Shown here: positions 18,477 through 27,950 of the stretch, piece after piece
How positions within the stretch are numbered: the first letter of the stretch is position 1
Layout: the number at the start of each line of letters is the position of its first letter
Source of the DNA: an uncultured Polyangiaceae bacterium
GTDB taxonomy: Bacteria > Acidobacteriota > Thermoanaerobaculia > Multivoradales > JAHEKO01
Reading direction: 5' to 3'
DNA: 64,000 nt
Assembly (NCBI GenBank): GCA_964195975.1
Contig: CAXMQZ010000025.1
Location: 8,123 to 72,122 of the forward strand
The notes under the pieces: model-generated
The model's database searches: none
What the model was told of the DNA's origin: nothing
What the model saw: the letters and a program-made list of their open reading frames with translations, nothing else
Program-made: the position numbers and the translations under genes

Positions 18477-18768
18477 CTGAGGCAGCAGCCAAATTCGAAC
18501 CAGCCGGACCAGTCGCGCCGGTCAAACTTCCCCCGGGCGTTGTTTTTGTGTTTGAAACATGAAAGTTAGAGTAGTCTAAATTATTTTTGCCGTCAATTGT
18601 AGCCGCCTTAAGCATTTCCCAATCCATCGACCCTCGGGCACAGGGTTAGCTTTCTAACTGCAGTAGGATCGATTCTGCTGTCTACTAGAGGCGCAGCCGA
18701 GAGAGCCGCAGCCTTAGGGGCCGCGCTTTAGCCGCGGTAAATAACGATTCGAACAATAGCCGGCGAAA

Positions 18769-19446
18769 ATGAGCAAATCCATCTATCTAGTCGGGCCGGA
18801 AAGACAGGTGCTGGAGATCTTCAACCCACTGTGGGGCGAAATACGGTTCGAACCGCGCCGTTTTGTGAGCGCTGAAAGCGCCATAGACGAGCTGAGAGGA
18901 GGCGGTCGACCCCAAGGCGTACTAATCTCCTACCCGCTCTGGGATGCGACGCTAGACGAGTTGATCCGTGGCATTCGGAGCAGCGGAAGTAGTGAAGAAT
19001 TGGTCCCGACATTCGTCGTTGCCCCCGAAAGTGCAATTCCCGAGGTCGGTCTCTACGAGGATTTGGGAGTGACGATCCTTTCGGAAGAGCAAGATGGGCC
19101 GACCTTGCGCAGTCGTGTGAAAGAGGGCTTGCTCCTGGTGCCCAGGGCTGCTCAGCGTGTTGTGGTACGCATGGAGGTTCATCTGGGGAGCGGCAATCTG
19201 CTGCGTTTATGCCAATGCGAGAACGTGTCGGTCAGTGGCATGCTGATCCGCACCAGCGAGGAGTACCCGGTCGGCTCCATTATCGGGGTCGAATTCACGC
19301 TACCCGGCGACGAGGAACCCGTACGGGGAGAGGCCCAGATCGTGCGCTACACCGAGCCCGAGCTCGAAACGACTCGAGGGATGGGTGTCAAGTTCGTCTC
19401 CCTGGAAGAAGAGGGCTGCGAGCGGCTCGAGAGGTTTGTCGGTTGA
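18769..19446 (+). CDS. Degenerate receiver-like domain + PilZ domain protein
   Basis: PilZ RxxxR (RAAQR) and NxSxxG (NVSVSG), GMGVKF; N-terminal CheY-like pattern without an obvious phospho-Asp. Confidence 0.8.
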   Translation: MSKSIYLVGPERQVLEIFNPLWGEIRFEPRRFVSAESAIDELRGGGRPQGVLISYPLWDATLDELIRGIRSSGSSEELVPTFVVAPESAIPEVGLYEDLGVTILSEEQDGPTLRSRVKEGLLLVPRAAQRVVVRMEVHLGSGNLLRLCQCENVSVSGMLIRTSEEYPVGSIIGVEFTLPGDEEPVRGEAQIVRYTEPELETTRGMGVKFVSLEEEGCERLERFVG

Positions 19447-19583
19447 GAATGTCCAAGAAAGCCTATAGACGAGGCTCAATTTGTTAGAAAACAAAGCACT
19501 TAGCCTCTATAGTTCAGGTCGAGGAATCCCCGGTTCGATTGCTGGGCAGAACCCAGCGATCAAACCATGTCGAGGAATCTGCC

Positions 19584-20831
19584 ATGGATAGGAACAGTGT
19601 CCTTCTGAGAGACGAGGCGGGTAAATTGCTTCGTGTTGTCGGTCAGGGCAGAGATGGAGCCAAGGCACTGGGGGGCTCATATCGGGTCGTAGTCCGATCT
19701 CCCGATCTTGTGGTGCTTCAACAGATGCCCGATGAGGATAGTTGTCGGCAGCCGGGTCGGGTTCTGATGGCCGGTGAAATTGTGTCGCACACCACGGTGT
19801 TGGACATCGTCAATGTTGTGTCCGCATCACGTTGGGCCGGAAACCTTCACGTTTATGGCCCCGATTCCCATCGGGTTCTCACGTTTGACAAAGGCGCCCT
19901 ACAATCTGCGACCAGCAACCATCCAGACGATCGACTCAACAAGGTTCTAGTACGGATGGGTGTCATGACAGCGGCTAGCGTCGAGACCGCAATGCGCTCC
20001 CTAAAGCCACCCGAACGTCTGGGCAAAGTGCTCGTTGAACGAGGTTACATAAACCGGCAACAGCTGTTCGAGTTGCTCAACAAGCAAACGGAAGAGATTT
20101 TTTTCTCGGCGATTTTGGAAACAGAGGGCTCGTATGTGTTCATGGTCGATGACGAACAGTCCATTCAGCCAAGCACTATTGCCCATATTCCGGTGCAAGA
20201 GCTTTTGTTAAGAGGTGCCGAGCGACTCGATAGCCTCAAGCAGTTCGAGAGCCTTGTGCCTGATATCGAGCTCTGTCCCGAGATGCAGAGTGGCGTCGAA
20301 GTGACTCAGCTGGATCCTCAGACTCGCCTCGTTCTAGCGCTGAGCAACGGCGAGCGGTCGCTGCGTGAAATAGCCAGCGAGACCTGGCTTGGCAAGTACG
20401 AGACCATGAAAATCACCCGCGAGTTGATCAAAAAAGGCTACGTCAGGCTAAAGCCGAGGACGCCGTCGGCTCAGGAGGAAGTCAAGCGGGTGATTGGGTC
20501 CTTCAACGAGCTACTGCGGTACATCTTCTCGGTCGTGGAACAGCACGGCAGCGTGGTTCAAACCCGTGAAGAGATCAACCGTTGGCTCGATCGCCGTCCG
20601 GCTGGCGGTTTGTTCCCGAAAGGAATTTCCGAGGATGGATCGATCTACCTCGATCCCAGCTTCAATTCCCCACACAGAGCCGATGGAATACAGGCAGAGA
20701 CCACAGTTCACGAGGCACTCTATGAGCTGGCCTCCTTTGCCCTTTTTGCCGCATCTCTATCCCTACCGGTTGAGGAAGAACGCAAGCTTGCGCAGGACGT
20801 CTATCGACGGTTGCACGAGTTCGGGACCTAG
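19584..20831 (+). CDS. DUF4388 (PatA-N-like) domain protein
   Basis: MAGEI.....LDIV......W.G.L, A.SN.PDDRL..VL, RLGKVLVERG motifs, followed by a winged-helix-like segment (NGERSLREIA). Start at ATG 19584 with GAGGA SD. Confidence 0.7.
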   Translation: MDRNSVLLRDEAGKLLRVVGQGRDGAKALGGSYRVVVRSPDLVVLQQMPDEDSCRQPGRVLMAGEIVSHTTVLDIVNVVSASRWAGNLHVYGPDSHRVLTFDKGALQSATSNHPDDRLNKVLVRMGVMTAASVETAMRSLKPPERLGKVLVERGYINRQQLFELLNKQTEEIFFSAILETEGSYVFMVDDEQSIQPSTIAHIPVQELLLRGAERLDSLKQFESLVPDIELCPEMQSGVEVTQLDPQTRLVLALSNGERSLREIASETWLGKYETMKITRELIKKGYVRLKPRTPSAQEEVKRVIGSFNELLRYIFSVVEQHGSVVQTREEINRWLDRRPAGGLFPKGISEDGSIYLDPSFNSPHRADGIQAETTVHEALYELASFALFAASLSLPVEEERKLAQDVYRRLHEFGT

Positions 20832-20844
20832 GCTACGTGCCAGG

Positions 20845-21744
20845 CTAGTTGAGCTGGGACTGCTGGCGGGCCTTCTGCCTCAAAATCTGATTCAGTACGG
20901 ACTGTGAGAACAGATGGGTAGCTTGCTGGATCTGGCCAAGATGTTTGGCTGTAAGCGCTTCGTCTCCGGAGTCTGCATAGAGAATTGCGACGAGACGGCT
21001 TTTGATCCAAACCGGAAACAGGGCGCACTCTTGAGTAATTGACCCATGCCAGCATTGCACGAGGTGACGATGTGCAATCATCGGTGGCAAGCTGCCGAAA
21101 AAGAGGCGCCCGCCCTCGCGAAGGTGCAGAAAGATCGAAGGTTGATCGAAGTCGATCCTCAAGTTGCGAAGCTTGTCCGGTTGAAGAGTCTGACCTCGGC
21201 CCATCCAGACGCGGGTGTGGTCCCGATAGACCCTGAACAACACCAGACGCTCGAACGACGCCGCGAGTAGATCCAGAAGACACTCCCCGGCATCCTCGAC
21301 ATTGGGCGCGTTGGCAAGGCGATCGATCCTGTCGGCGGCCGTTTCTTGCAGGACTGTGTCTTCCACCGTCGTCCTGGGGACTTGACTGAGATGTCGGGCG
21401 TTGGGTCGGAGCTGTCTCGATTGAATGCCGACGAAGGCGACACCCGTTCTGAAGAGTGTCGTGGGATCGACCTCGGGGGGCACGGTATGCAAGACCCGGC
21501 GAGACCATTTGATCTGGCCCTCTACAACCAGCGAGCGACCCTCGTCACAGAGCTCGAACAGATAATCTCCACCCAGGGTGAACTGGTGCTGGGTCTCGAT
21601 CGCCATGCCACGCCGGCTCATATCGATGATATTCATCGTCCCTTCGGATGGAAGCGCACGAATATTCGGCACTGGCATTCGGGGCTGACGTCGACGCTCG
21701 AAAGCCGGAGCGCGAGCGTCGAACTTGAGGAGATTCGATGGCAT
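20845..21744 (-). CDS. PilZ domain + GAF-like domain protein
   Basis: ERRRQPR and DMSRRG PilZ motifs; C-terminal ALFPVWIKSRLVAILYAD GAF-like strand. Start reassigned to ATG 21744. Confidence 0.75.
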   Translation of the reverse strand: MPSNLLKFDARAPAFERRRQPRMPVPNIRALPSEGTMNIIDMSRRGMAIETQHQFTLGGDYLFELCDEGRSLVVEGQIKWSRRVLHTVPPEVDPTTLFRTGVAFVGIQSRQLRPNARHLSQVPRTTVEDTVLQETAADRIDRLANAPNVEDAGECLLDLLAASFERLVLFRVYRDHTRVWMGRGQTLQPDKLRNLRIDFDQPSIFLHLREGGRLFFGSLPPMIAHRHLVQCWHGSITQECALFPVWIKSRLVAILYADSGDEALTAKHLGQIQQATHLFSQSVLNQILRQKARQQSQLN

Positions 21745-21950
21745 AAAAGCGGCGGTCCTACACTCGATGGACACTCGAAGGGGCCGGTACGGTCTAGTGT
21801 ACACCGGTCGCCTAGGCATGTGCTCCGCTATTGTAGACTCGGCCCGACGCCGGGCCGAATCCTGTCGCCAGGAACGGGTTGCTGCAGGCTCGATTAGAAG
21901 CGAGTTGTTTCTCAGATACAATGACAAGTCCCGTTCGAGTAACCAGCCCC

Positions 21951-23303
21951 ATGATCGAGACCCTTCAGACTCAGAAAGCCCTTCCCCACAGCGAGGAGTC
22001 AGAACGCGCAGTACTCGCTGGTGCTCTTCTGGATCCGGCCCTTTTGCCGTCGGTTTCAGGCAGACTCCTGCCTGACGATTTCTATACCGAGCGACATCGC
22101 ATCCTCTTTCGAACGATGCTGATGCTTCAGGACAGCAGTACCGAGATCGATTTGCGAACGCTACAGGCTAGCCTCGAGCAGCAAGACCGGCTGGTAAGCG
22201 TTGGCGGTATTGCTTACCTTGCGAGCCTAGATCTCGACTTGCCGGATCTCGGCCGCCTCGACGCCTATGTCGAGATCGTCAAAGAGCGGTCGATTCGGCG
22301 TCGGCTGATCCAGGCCTGTGGCGAAGTGACACGCACCTGTTTGGATGGTGGTCTCCAGGCTCAAGAGGCGTTGAGTCGTGCGGAGCAGGCCATACTCGGT
22401 CTGGGCGAAGAGGCCATTCAGCGCGGATTTGTACAGCTTTCACAGATCTTTCACGACACCCTCGCTGACCTTGAAGAGAGGCCTGCCAAGGGTTTCCTGG
22501 GCGTACCCACTGGGTACATAGACCTAGACAACATGACTCGGGGCTTGAACCCGGGCAATTTGATCATCATTGCTGGTCGCCCGGGTATGGGGAAAACCAG
22601 CCTGGCTCTCAATATCGCTGAGCACGTAGCGATACGAGAGCAAAAGGGAGTCGGCTTGTTTTCGCTCGAAATGAGTCAAGATGAGCTCGCCTTGAAAATT
22701 CTCTCCTCAGAGTCGGATGTACCATTCGGACCCCTCCGGTCGGGGCACCTTTCCCAGAAGCAGTGGGCGAGGGTCATCAACTCGGTGAAGGCGATTTCAA
22801 CGTCGCCTCTGTTTATCGATGACTCGGCCAGCCCCACCTTACTGGAGCTCGCGTCCAAAGCTCGGCGCCTTAAGGCCGAACACAAATTGGACCTGTTGAT
22901 TCTGGACTACTTACAGCTCATGCAGGCTGGTGGTAGGTACGAAAATCGTAATCTCGAGATCGCGGCGATCACCCGAGGGCTCAAGCAGCTAGCCAAGGAG
23001 TTGAGGATCCCCGTGATTGCTCTTTCACAGCTGTCGCGTCAACCAGAACGAAGGAGCGGTGACCATCGCCCACAGCTCGCCGACCTCCGTGAATCGGGTT
23101 CCATAGAGCAGGACGCCGATCTTGTGATGTTCATCTACCGGGACGAAATCTATAATGCCGAGTCTCCAGATCGGGGGATCGCCGAGCTGATCATAGGCAA
23201 GCACCGTAACGGTCAGACCGGCACCATCAAGCTGGTCTTCCTTGGCGACACGACGAAATTTTGCAACCTTTCAAAATCCGATGGTGGTGCGCCGCCCTTC
23301 TAA
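21951..23303 (+). CDS. dnaB: Replicative DNA helicase
   Basis: PHS.E.E..VL, GRPGMGKT, FSLEMS, DYLQLM, LSQLSR, DLRESGSIEQDAD, KHRNG; no intein. Alternative start 21921. Confidence 0.97.
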   Translation: MIETLQTQKALPHSEESERAVLAGALLDPALLPSVSGRLLPDDFYTERHRILFRTMLMLQDSSTEIDLRTLQASLEQQDRLVSVGGIAYLASLDLDLPDLGRLDAYVEIVKERSIRRRLIQACGEVTRTCLDGGLQAQEALSRAEQAILGLGEEAIQRGFVQLSQIFHDTLADLEERPAKGFLGVPTGYIDLDNMTRGLNPGNLIIIAGRPGMGKTSLALNIAEHVAIREQKGVGLFSLEMSQDELALKILSSESDVPFGPLRSGHLSQKQWARVINSVKAISTSPLFIDDSASPTLLELASKARRLKAEHKLDLLILDYLQLMQAGGRYENRNLEIAAITRGLKQLAKELRIPVIALSQLSRQPERRSGDHRPQLADLRESGSIEQDADLVMFIYRDEIYNAESPDRGIAELIIGKHRNGQTGTIKLVFLGDTTKFCNLSKSDGGAPPF

Positions 23304-23357
23304 GAGCCCGCCCGAGTGTTTCAGGACCTTGCGAACCAGGAACGCAGCAACCCCGAC

Positions 23358-24260
23358 TCAGAGATCAGGTTCCTTCCCGGTGACCCTGCGAAAAGCCTCT
23401 ACATATCGTTGAAGCGTTCCTTCGACGACTTCGTCAGGTAGCCGAGGCGGAGGGGACTCGTGGTCCCAGTCGGCCTTGTCGAGCCAATTGCGGACGAACT
23501 GCTTGTCGTAGGAGACAGGTTCTGTGCCTGGCTGCCATGTTGCCTCATCCCAGAAACGAGACGAGTCCGGAGTCAACACCTCATCGATCAAGAGAATAGA
23601 TCCATTCTCGAGCTGGCCGAACTCGAACTTCGTGTCGGCCAGGATCATCCCTTTTTGTTCGGCATGAATCGATCCGCTCGAGTAGATCTCGAGGGTCAGA
23701 CGACGCAGCTTGTCTGCGATTGCGTCACCGATCGCAGCACTCATGACTTCATAACTGACGTTTTCATCGTGGCCAGACTCCGCCTTCGTAGCGGGCGTGA
23801 AGATGGGGTCCGGAAGTTTCGAAGCCCGTTCGAGACCCTGGGGCAGAGCAATGCCACAAACAGCTCCATTGTCTTGGTACTCTCGGAAGCCGCTGCCGGC
23901 CAGGTAGCCGCGGGCTACACATTCAAAGGGCACCACGATGGTCTTTTGTACGAGTGTAGAGCGTCCGTCCAAGATGCCTAGATAGGCGTCTAACTCGAGG
24001 TCGGAAGGGAAGTCCCGCGGATCAGTTGCGATCAAATGATTGGGCACGAGCTGCTCGAACTTGTCGAACCAAAAATTACTTAGTTGACTCAGTATCTTGC
24101 CCTTGCCGGGAATACCCGGCTGGAGGACATGATCGTAGGCGGAAATCCGATCACAAGCCACGATCAGAAGAGTGTCACCCAAGTCATATATGTCTCGGAC
24201 CTTGCCGCGGCGGGGCGGACCGAGATGTTTTATCTCTGTGCTCCAGACGGATTTCGACAT
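23358..24260 (-). CDS. purC: Phosphoribosylaminoimidazolesuccinocarboxamide (SAICAR) synthase
   Basis: GKVRDIY, DRISAYD, ECVARGYL.GS, ADTKFEFG, DEVLTPDSSRFW, DKQFVR. Confidence 0.97.
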   Translation of the reverse strand: MSKSVWSTEIKHLGPPRRGKVRDIYDLGDTLLIVACDRISAYDHVLQPGIPGKGKILSQLSNFWFDKFEQLVPNHLIATDPRDFPSDLELDAYLGILDGRSTLVQKTIVVPFECVARGYLAGSGFREYQDNGAVCGIALPQGLERASKLPDPIFTPATKAESGHDENVSYEVMSAAIGDAIADKLRRLTLEIYSSGSIHAEQKGMILADTKFEFGQLENGSILLIDEVLTPDSSRFWDEATWQPGTEPVSYDKQFVRNWLDKADWDHESPPPRLPDEVVEGTLQRYVEAFRRVTGKEPDL

Positions 24261-24291
24261 TCGTTATGGGCCCTCCATCGAGAATCGACCC

Positions 24292-26337
24292 CTATCCTGG
24301 TTGCGCTCGACGATTTGCGACGTCGGGCGAGGATACTCGAGAAGACCCTGGATCTCGATCCAGACAGTCCAACAATCGGTCAAATGACGTCTCCTCGAGT
24401 TCCTGGTCCTGCCATATTTCTCCGTCGACAATCTCATAGATCGGCATTCGATCAAGACCTTTTAGATTCGCCATGCCGAGTTTTCGTACTCCAAACCAGA
24501 AATCTTGGGTCCCATCGTTGAGCGGAAAAATAAAGTAACTTCGATTCCCACCTTGGCCCCGATAGATGGTCTTGAGCTGGTCGGATCGGTCGAGTTGAGA
24601 CAGAAGCTCCCGTGTCGCGACAATACCCTCGTTCACCAGGGCTCCATTTTGATTGATGTAGCAATAAAACTGTCTGGCCTCTTCGTCTTTGTCGACCAGG
24701 TCTATGTTTTTCCGCGCGGCTGGGGCGAAGAACTCCTCGACCGCTGAGGGCTCGTACCCTTGACCGATAAGAAGATGCTTGATCTCTTCGATTTCCCGCA
24801 TGGTCTTGCCCGAAGCGAGTCGGCTCAGCTCGACAATCCCATGGCCAAAGAACTCATAGCGTCGAGTGCCTCCGAAGTTACCTTCCTCGATGGGTAGGAG
24901 TCGGTACTCCCCGTAGTTCAAGGCGATCCGCATGCCGCGATCGAACGGAAATCCTTCGAGCAAGGCGCGCTTGTAGTAGCGCTGTAGCTCGATCGCCATG
25001 AGCATCAGCTTGGCGGCATGTCGACCCGAGTAAAGAGCACCATCGCCCAGATACTTTTCAAGCTGCAGACGGTGTGATTTGGCCATCTGGTTGACCCACC
25101 GCTGAAACCGGAAAATGCTGCGGTACGAGCTGTCCTGGTCGTCGCTACCCGAACGGCCAAGTACTGAAACGATTGCCGAGAAATCGGTTATGTCGTAGAT
25201 GAGCCCACAACGTCGTACCAGTGGGTCGACCACCCAAGAGGTCGTGTAGTCCAGGGGGCGAGTACTCGACGATAGCTTTACCGTGCGCTCCGATTCTGCT
25301 GAGCCTCTCAAGTGGGGAGACTGACAGGTCAAAGAACCCTGCTGAAGCTTGACCGGAAAAATCAACCGCCTCTGTGCGAGCAGAACCTCGAATTCCTTGA
25401 GCTTGATCAGTAGGCTCTCCCAGAGAATTACGTTTTTTGGACTGAGAAGCGATTGCGAGTCGTATTTGGGTAACTCGGAGAGAAACCTGACATACCCTGG
25501 TTGTCGAAAAAGCTCTCTTTCGTAGCCATCCTGCTTTACGCCGAGCAAGTGAGCGGCGGCGCTACGCAGGTCCGGGTCCTTGCGCAGTCTTTCTGTCAGC
25601 CAGGATTGCAGGCGGCTCAGTCTTGCTCGAAAATCCTTCCCGTCCAAACGCATGTAGCCGCGGAAATAGCTGTCGAGCTCACTAAGGTCGGGGCTAACGT
25701 GATCTTCGGTCAGAATCAGAACGTTGTCGCGCATCCGAGCCAAAAGCACCGGAAAGAGGTCTTTCTCGGCCTCCTCCGCCTCCTCTGCGACCCGATGGAC
25801 GACGTCGTAGGTGAGATCTAGAACTCGATCAAGAAACCGCTCATAAATGCGATACTTGATGGCGTCTCCGTGTGCTTTGCCAAGCTCCAGATCTTGACGC
25901 AGAATTCTTCTCGGCATCTCCTTGAACAACCGCGATACTGCAATCGAGTGATAGAGCCAGAAGATGCTTGCCAGACGACGACCGAAGCTGGACCGGACCG
26001 CATTTTCCGTGCAACGCTCCAGGAGGCTCCGATAGCGACGCCAGGCAGCATCGTGTGCCTTCTTGTCGATCGGGATATTTTTCAAAACAGCAATTTGAGA
26101 AGCCTCTTCGGCTTGCAGGTAGGTCTCGAGTGCCTCGCGCAGTGCGGCGAGACCGTCGGTCATCAATATGGCGTAGCCCCAGAAGGGAGTAGCCTCCTCG
26201 GTGTCGAGAAATATTCGTTGGGGTTGAGGCAGGACGAGCTCCGGATCTGGGAAGACTCGACGAAGCTCCTCGAGGTCGATCCGGAAGAAATTGAAGGAAC
26301 CGGGGAACAATCTTTGGAGTGAGGCTTTAGTCTTCAT
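24292..26337 (-). CDS. Large protein with a divergent C-terminal class III nucleotidyl cyclase domain
   Basis: YDITDFS, EKYLGDG, MRIALNYG, FFGHGIVELSRL and LKG...PIYEI follow the order of the adenylate/guanylate cyclase motifs. Confidence 0.7.
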   Translation of the reverse strand: MKTKASLQRLFPGSFNFFRIDLEELRRVFPDPELVLPQPQRIFLDTEEATPFWGYAILMTDGLAALREALETYLQAEEASQIAVLKNIPIDKKAHDAAWRRYRSLLERCTENAVRSSFGRRLASIFWLYHSIAVSRLFKEMPRRILRQDLELGKAHGDAIKYRIYERFLDRVLDLTYDVVHRVAEEAEEAEKDLFPVLLARMRDNVLILTEDHVSPDLSELDSYFRGYMRLDGKDFRARLSRLQSWLTERLRKDPDLRSAAAHLLGVKQDGYERELFRQPGYVRFLSELPKYDSQSLLSPKNVILWESLLIKLKEFEVLLAQRRLIFPVKLQQGSLTCQSPHLRGSAESERTVKLSSSTRPLDYTTSWVVDPLVRRCGLIYDITDFSAIVSVLGRSGSDDQDSSYRSIFRFQRWVNQMAKSHRLQLEKYLGDGALYSGRHAAKLMLMAIELQRYYKRALLEGFPFDRGMRIALNYGEYRLLPIEEGNFGGTRRYEFFGHGIVELSRLASGKTMREIEEIKHLLIGQGYEPSAVEEFFAPAARKNIDLVDKDEEARQFYCYINQNGALVNEGIVATRELLSQLDRSDQLKTIYRGQGGNRSYFIFPLNDGTQDFWFGVRKLGMANLKGLDRMPIYEIVDGEIWQDQELEETSFDRLLDCLDRDPGSSRVSSPDVANRRAQPG

Positions 26338-26467
26338 GACAACACGCGAATGGTACCAGTACTGGAGGTCTATTCCTGTGGTAGCTGGGCTCTAGAGTTC
26401 TGGCCGATTGATAGACTCAACGCGCAGTATTGATGAAGGAGATTGTTCGTTTAGTCAGGAGGTGAGT

Positions 26468-27940
26468 TTGAAGCAACCAGCAATCAAACTGGCGATCGGC
26501 GATGGTATAGAAGGCTCTCTGGTTGTCACCGGCTGCTTTGAGCGCTCGACGCCTGACCTGCATCGGCTTACCCGTCGTCTTGGTGGTACCGTCGAGAGGG
26601 CGATCGAGCAGCCCGGTTGGAAAGCGAAATCTAGACAGGTCTGCCGGGCTTCGACCAGGGCTCGAGAGGCGATCATGGTCGAAGTCCATGGTCTTGGTAC
26701 CGAAACGGACTTCGACACCGACAACCTCTGCGATTGGATAGCCACAGTCGTCGAAACTGCTCAGCAGGAAGGGAGACCCGAACTGTTTCTGGTTCTTCCA
26801 AGCCACAGGGCCGGTCGAGGGAGAAACTCTCTTCAAGTGATGCAACGATTGCTTCTTTGTGGCTATAAGTACGATCGATACAAACGGCGTACGTCGCGTC
26901 CTGGGGTCAGGGCCATCTGGGTCGTGCCACCAGCCGGCGAAGAAGACTCCTATGGTCAGGCCCTGAGGCTGGCCCGACCTATTTCGAGAGCAGTTCGGTG
27001 GTGCCGTGATCTCGGAAACACGCCGCCCAACGACGCCAATCCGGAATGGATGGCTCAGCAGGCGAAAGCCTTGGCAGATAAGGAAGGGCTCGAGTGCTGG
27101 GTCCTGGAGGAAGAGGAGCTCGAAGATCTCGGTATGGGTGGAATTCTCGCGGTTGGGCAGGGATCGGCGAACCGACCGCTATTGGTAAAGCTCGAGGGAG
27201 GAGCCGGCGATGAAGTAGTCTCTTTCGTCGGCAAGGGGGTGACGTTCGATACGGGTGGAATTTCGATCAAGCCGTCCAGCGGCATGGAGGAGATGAAGTA
27301 TGACAAAGCCGGTGCCTGCACGGTTCTGGGGATCGTTCAAGCTCTAGCGCAGCTGGATCTACCGGTAAGGTTCCGTGCATATCTCCCGCTTGTTGAGAAC
27401 ATGCCCGGTGGCGGGTCGTACCGACCTGGCGACATCATTCGATGCTACAACGGAAAGACGGTGGAGATCCTGGATACAGATGCTGAAGGGAGAGTGATTC
27501 TGGCCGACAGCTTGGCCTGGGCCGCCGAGGAGAGACCAGATAGCCTTCTGGAGTATTCAACTCTCACGGGAGCCTCCGTTGTGGCGTTAGGACATCATGG
27601 TGCGGCACTTTATTCACCTGATGATTTGCTGGCGACGGAGCTACTGTCAGCGTCGATGAGCTCGGGAGAGAAACTCTGGAGGATGCCTCTATGGAGGGAG
27701 TTCGGCAAAGAGATGAAAGGCGCCCATGCCGACCTGCGCAACCTTGGAAGTCGGTGGGGCGGCGCCAATAGTGCTGCGGCTTTCCTGGCGAACTTCGTGG
27801 GCCGGGTGAACCGATGGGCACACCTGGACATCGCTGGGCCAGCCTACAGGGCTTCGCGCGAGGCTGGCATATCGGGCGCGACCGGCTTCGGCGTCGGTCT
27901 CACGATCGACTGGCTGTTATCCAAGACGGGAACTTTTTGA
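26468..27940 (+). CDS. pepA: Leucyl aminopeptidase (M17)
   Basis: VGKGVTFDTGGISIK, MKYDKAG, DTDAEGR, TLTGA, WAHLDIAG; GGAGG SD before TTG 26468. Confidence 0.93.
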   Translation: MKQPAIKLAIGDGIEGSLVVTGCFERSTPDLHRLTRRLGGTVERAIEQPGWKAKSRQVCRASTRAREAIMVEVHGLGTETDFDTDNLCDWIATVVETAQQEGRPELFLVLPSHRAGRGRNSLQVMQRLLLCGYKYDRYKRRTSRPGVRAIWVVPPAGEEDSYGQALRLARPISRAVRWCRDLGNTPPNDANPEWMAQQAKALADKEGLECWVLEEEELEDLGMGGILAVGQGSANRPLLVKLEGGAGDEVVSFVGKGVTFDTGGISIKPSSGMEEMKYDKAGACTVLGIVQALAQLDLPVRFRAYLPLVENMPGGGSYRPGDIIRCYNGKTVEILDTDAEGRVILADSLAWAAEERPDSLLEYSTLTGASVVALGHHGAALYSPDDLLATELLSASMSSGEKLWRMPLWREFGKEMKGAHADLRNLGSRWGGANSAAAFLANFVGRVNRWAHLDIAGPAYRASREAGISGATGFGVGLTIDWLLSKTGTF

Positions 27941-27950
27941 TCACCCGATC

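Noticed and set aside
17241-18503. ATTCGAACCAG direct repeat (17241 and 18493) as att sites flanking the microprotein-barrel-RHH block
   Set aside because: Only 11 bp, in a genome rich in TCGA words; plausible by chance, and no recombinase is nearby.
19485-19505. AAAACAAAGCACTTAG as an IHF or dif-like site
   Set aside because: Only a partial match to the IHF consensus and not a XerC/XerD dif arrangement; not supportable.
21745-21950. Overlapping 5' extensions of the PilZ-GAF ORF and dnaB
   Set aside because: The two extensions overlap head to head; downstream ATGs (21744, 21951) give family-typical N-termini and leave a promoter gap containing TACAAT.
21951-23303. Intein in DnaB
   Set aside because: The length (about 450 aa) and continuous helicase motifs leave no room for an insertion.
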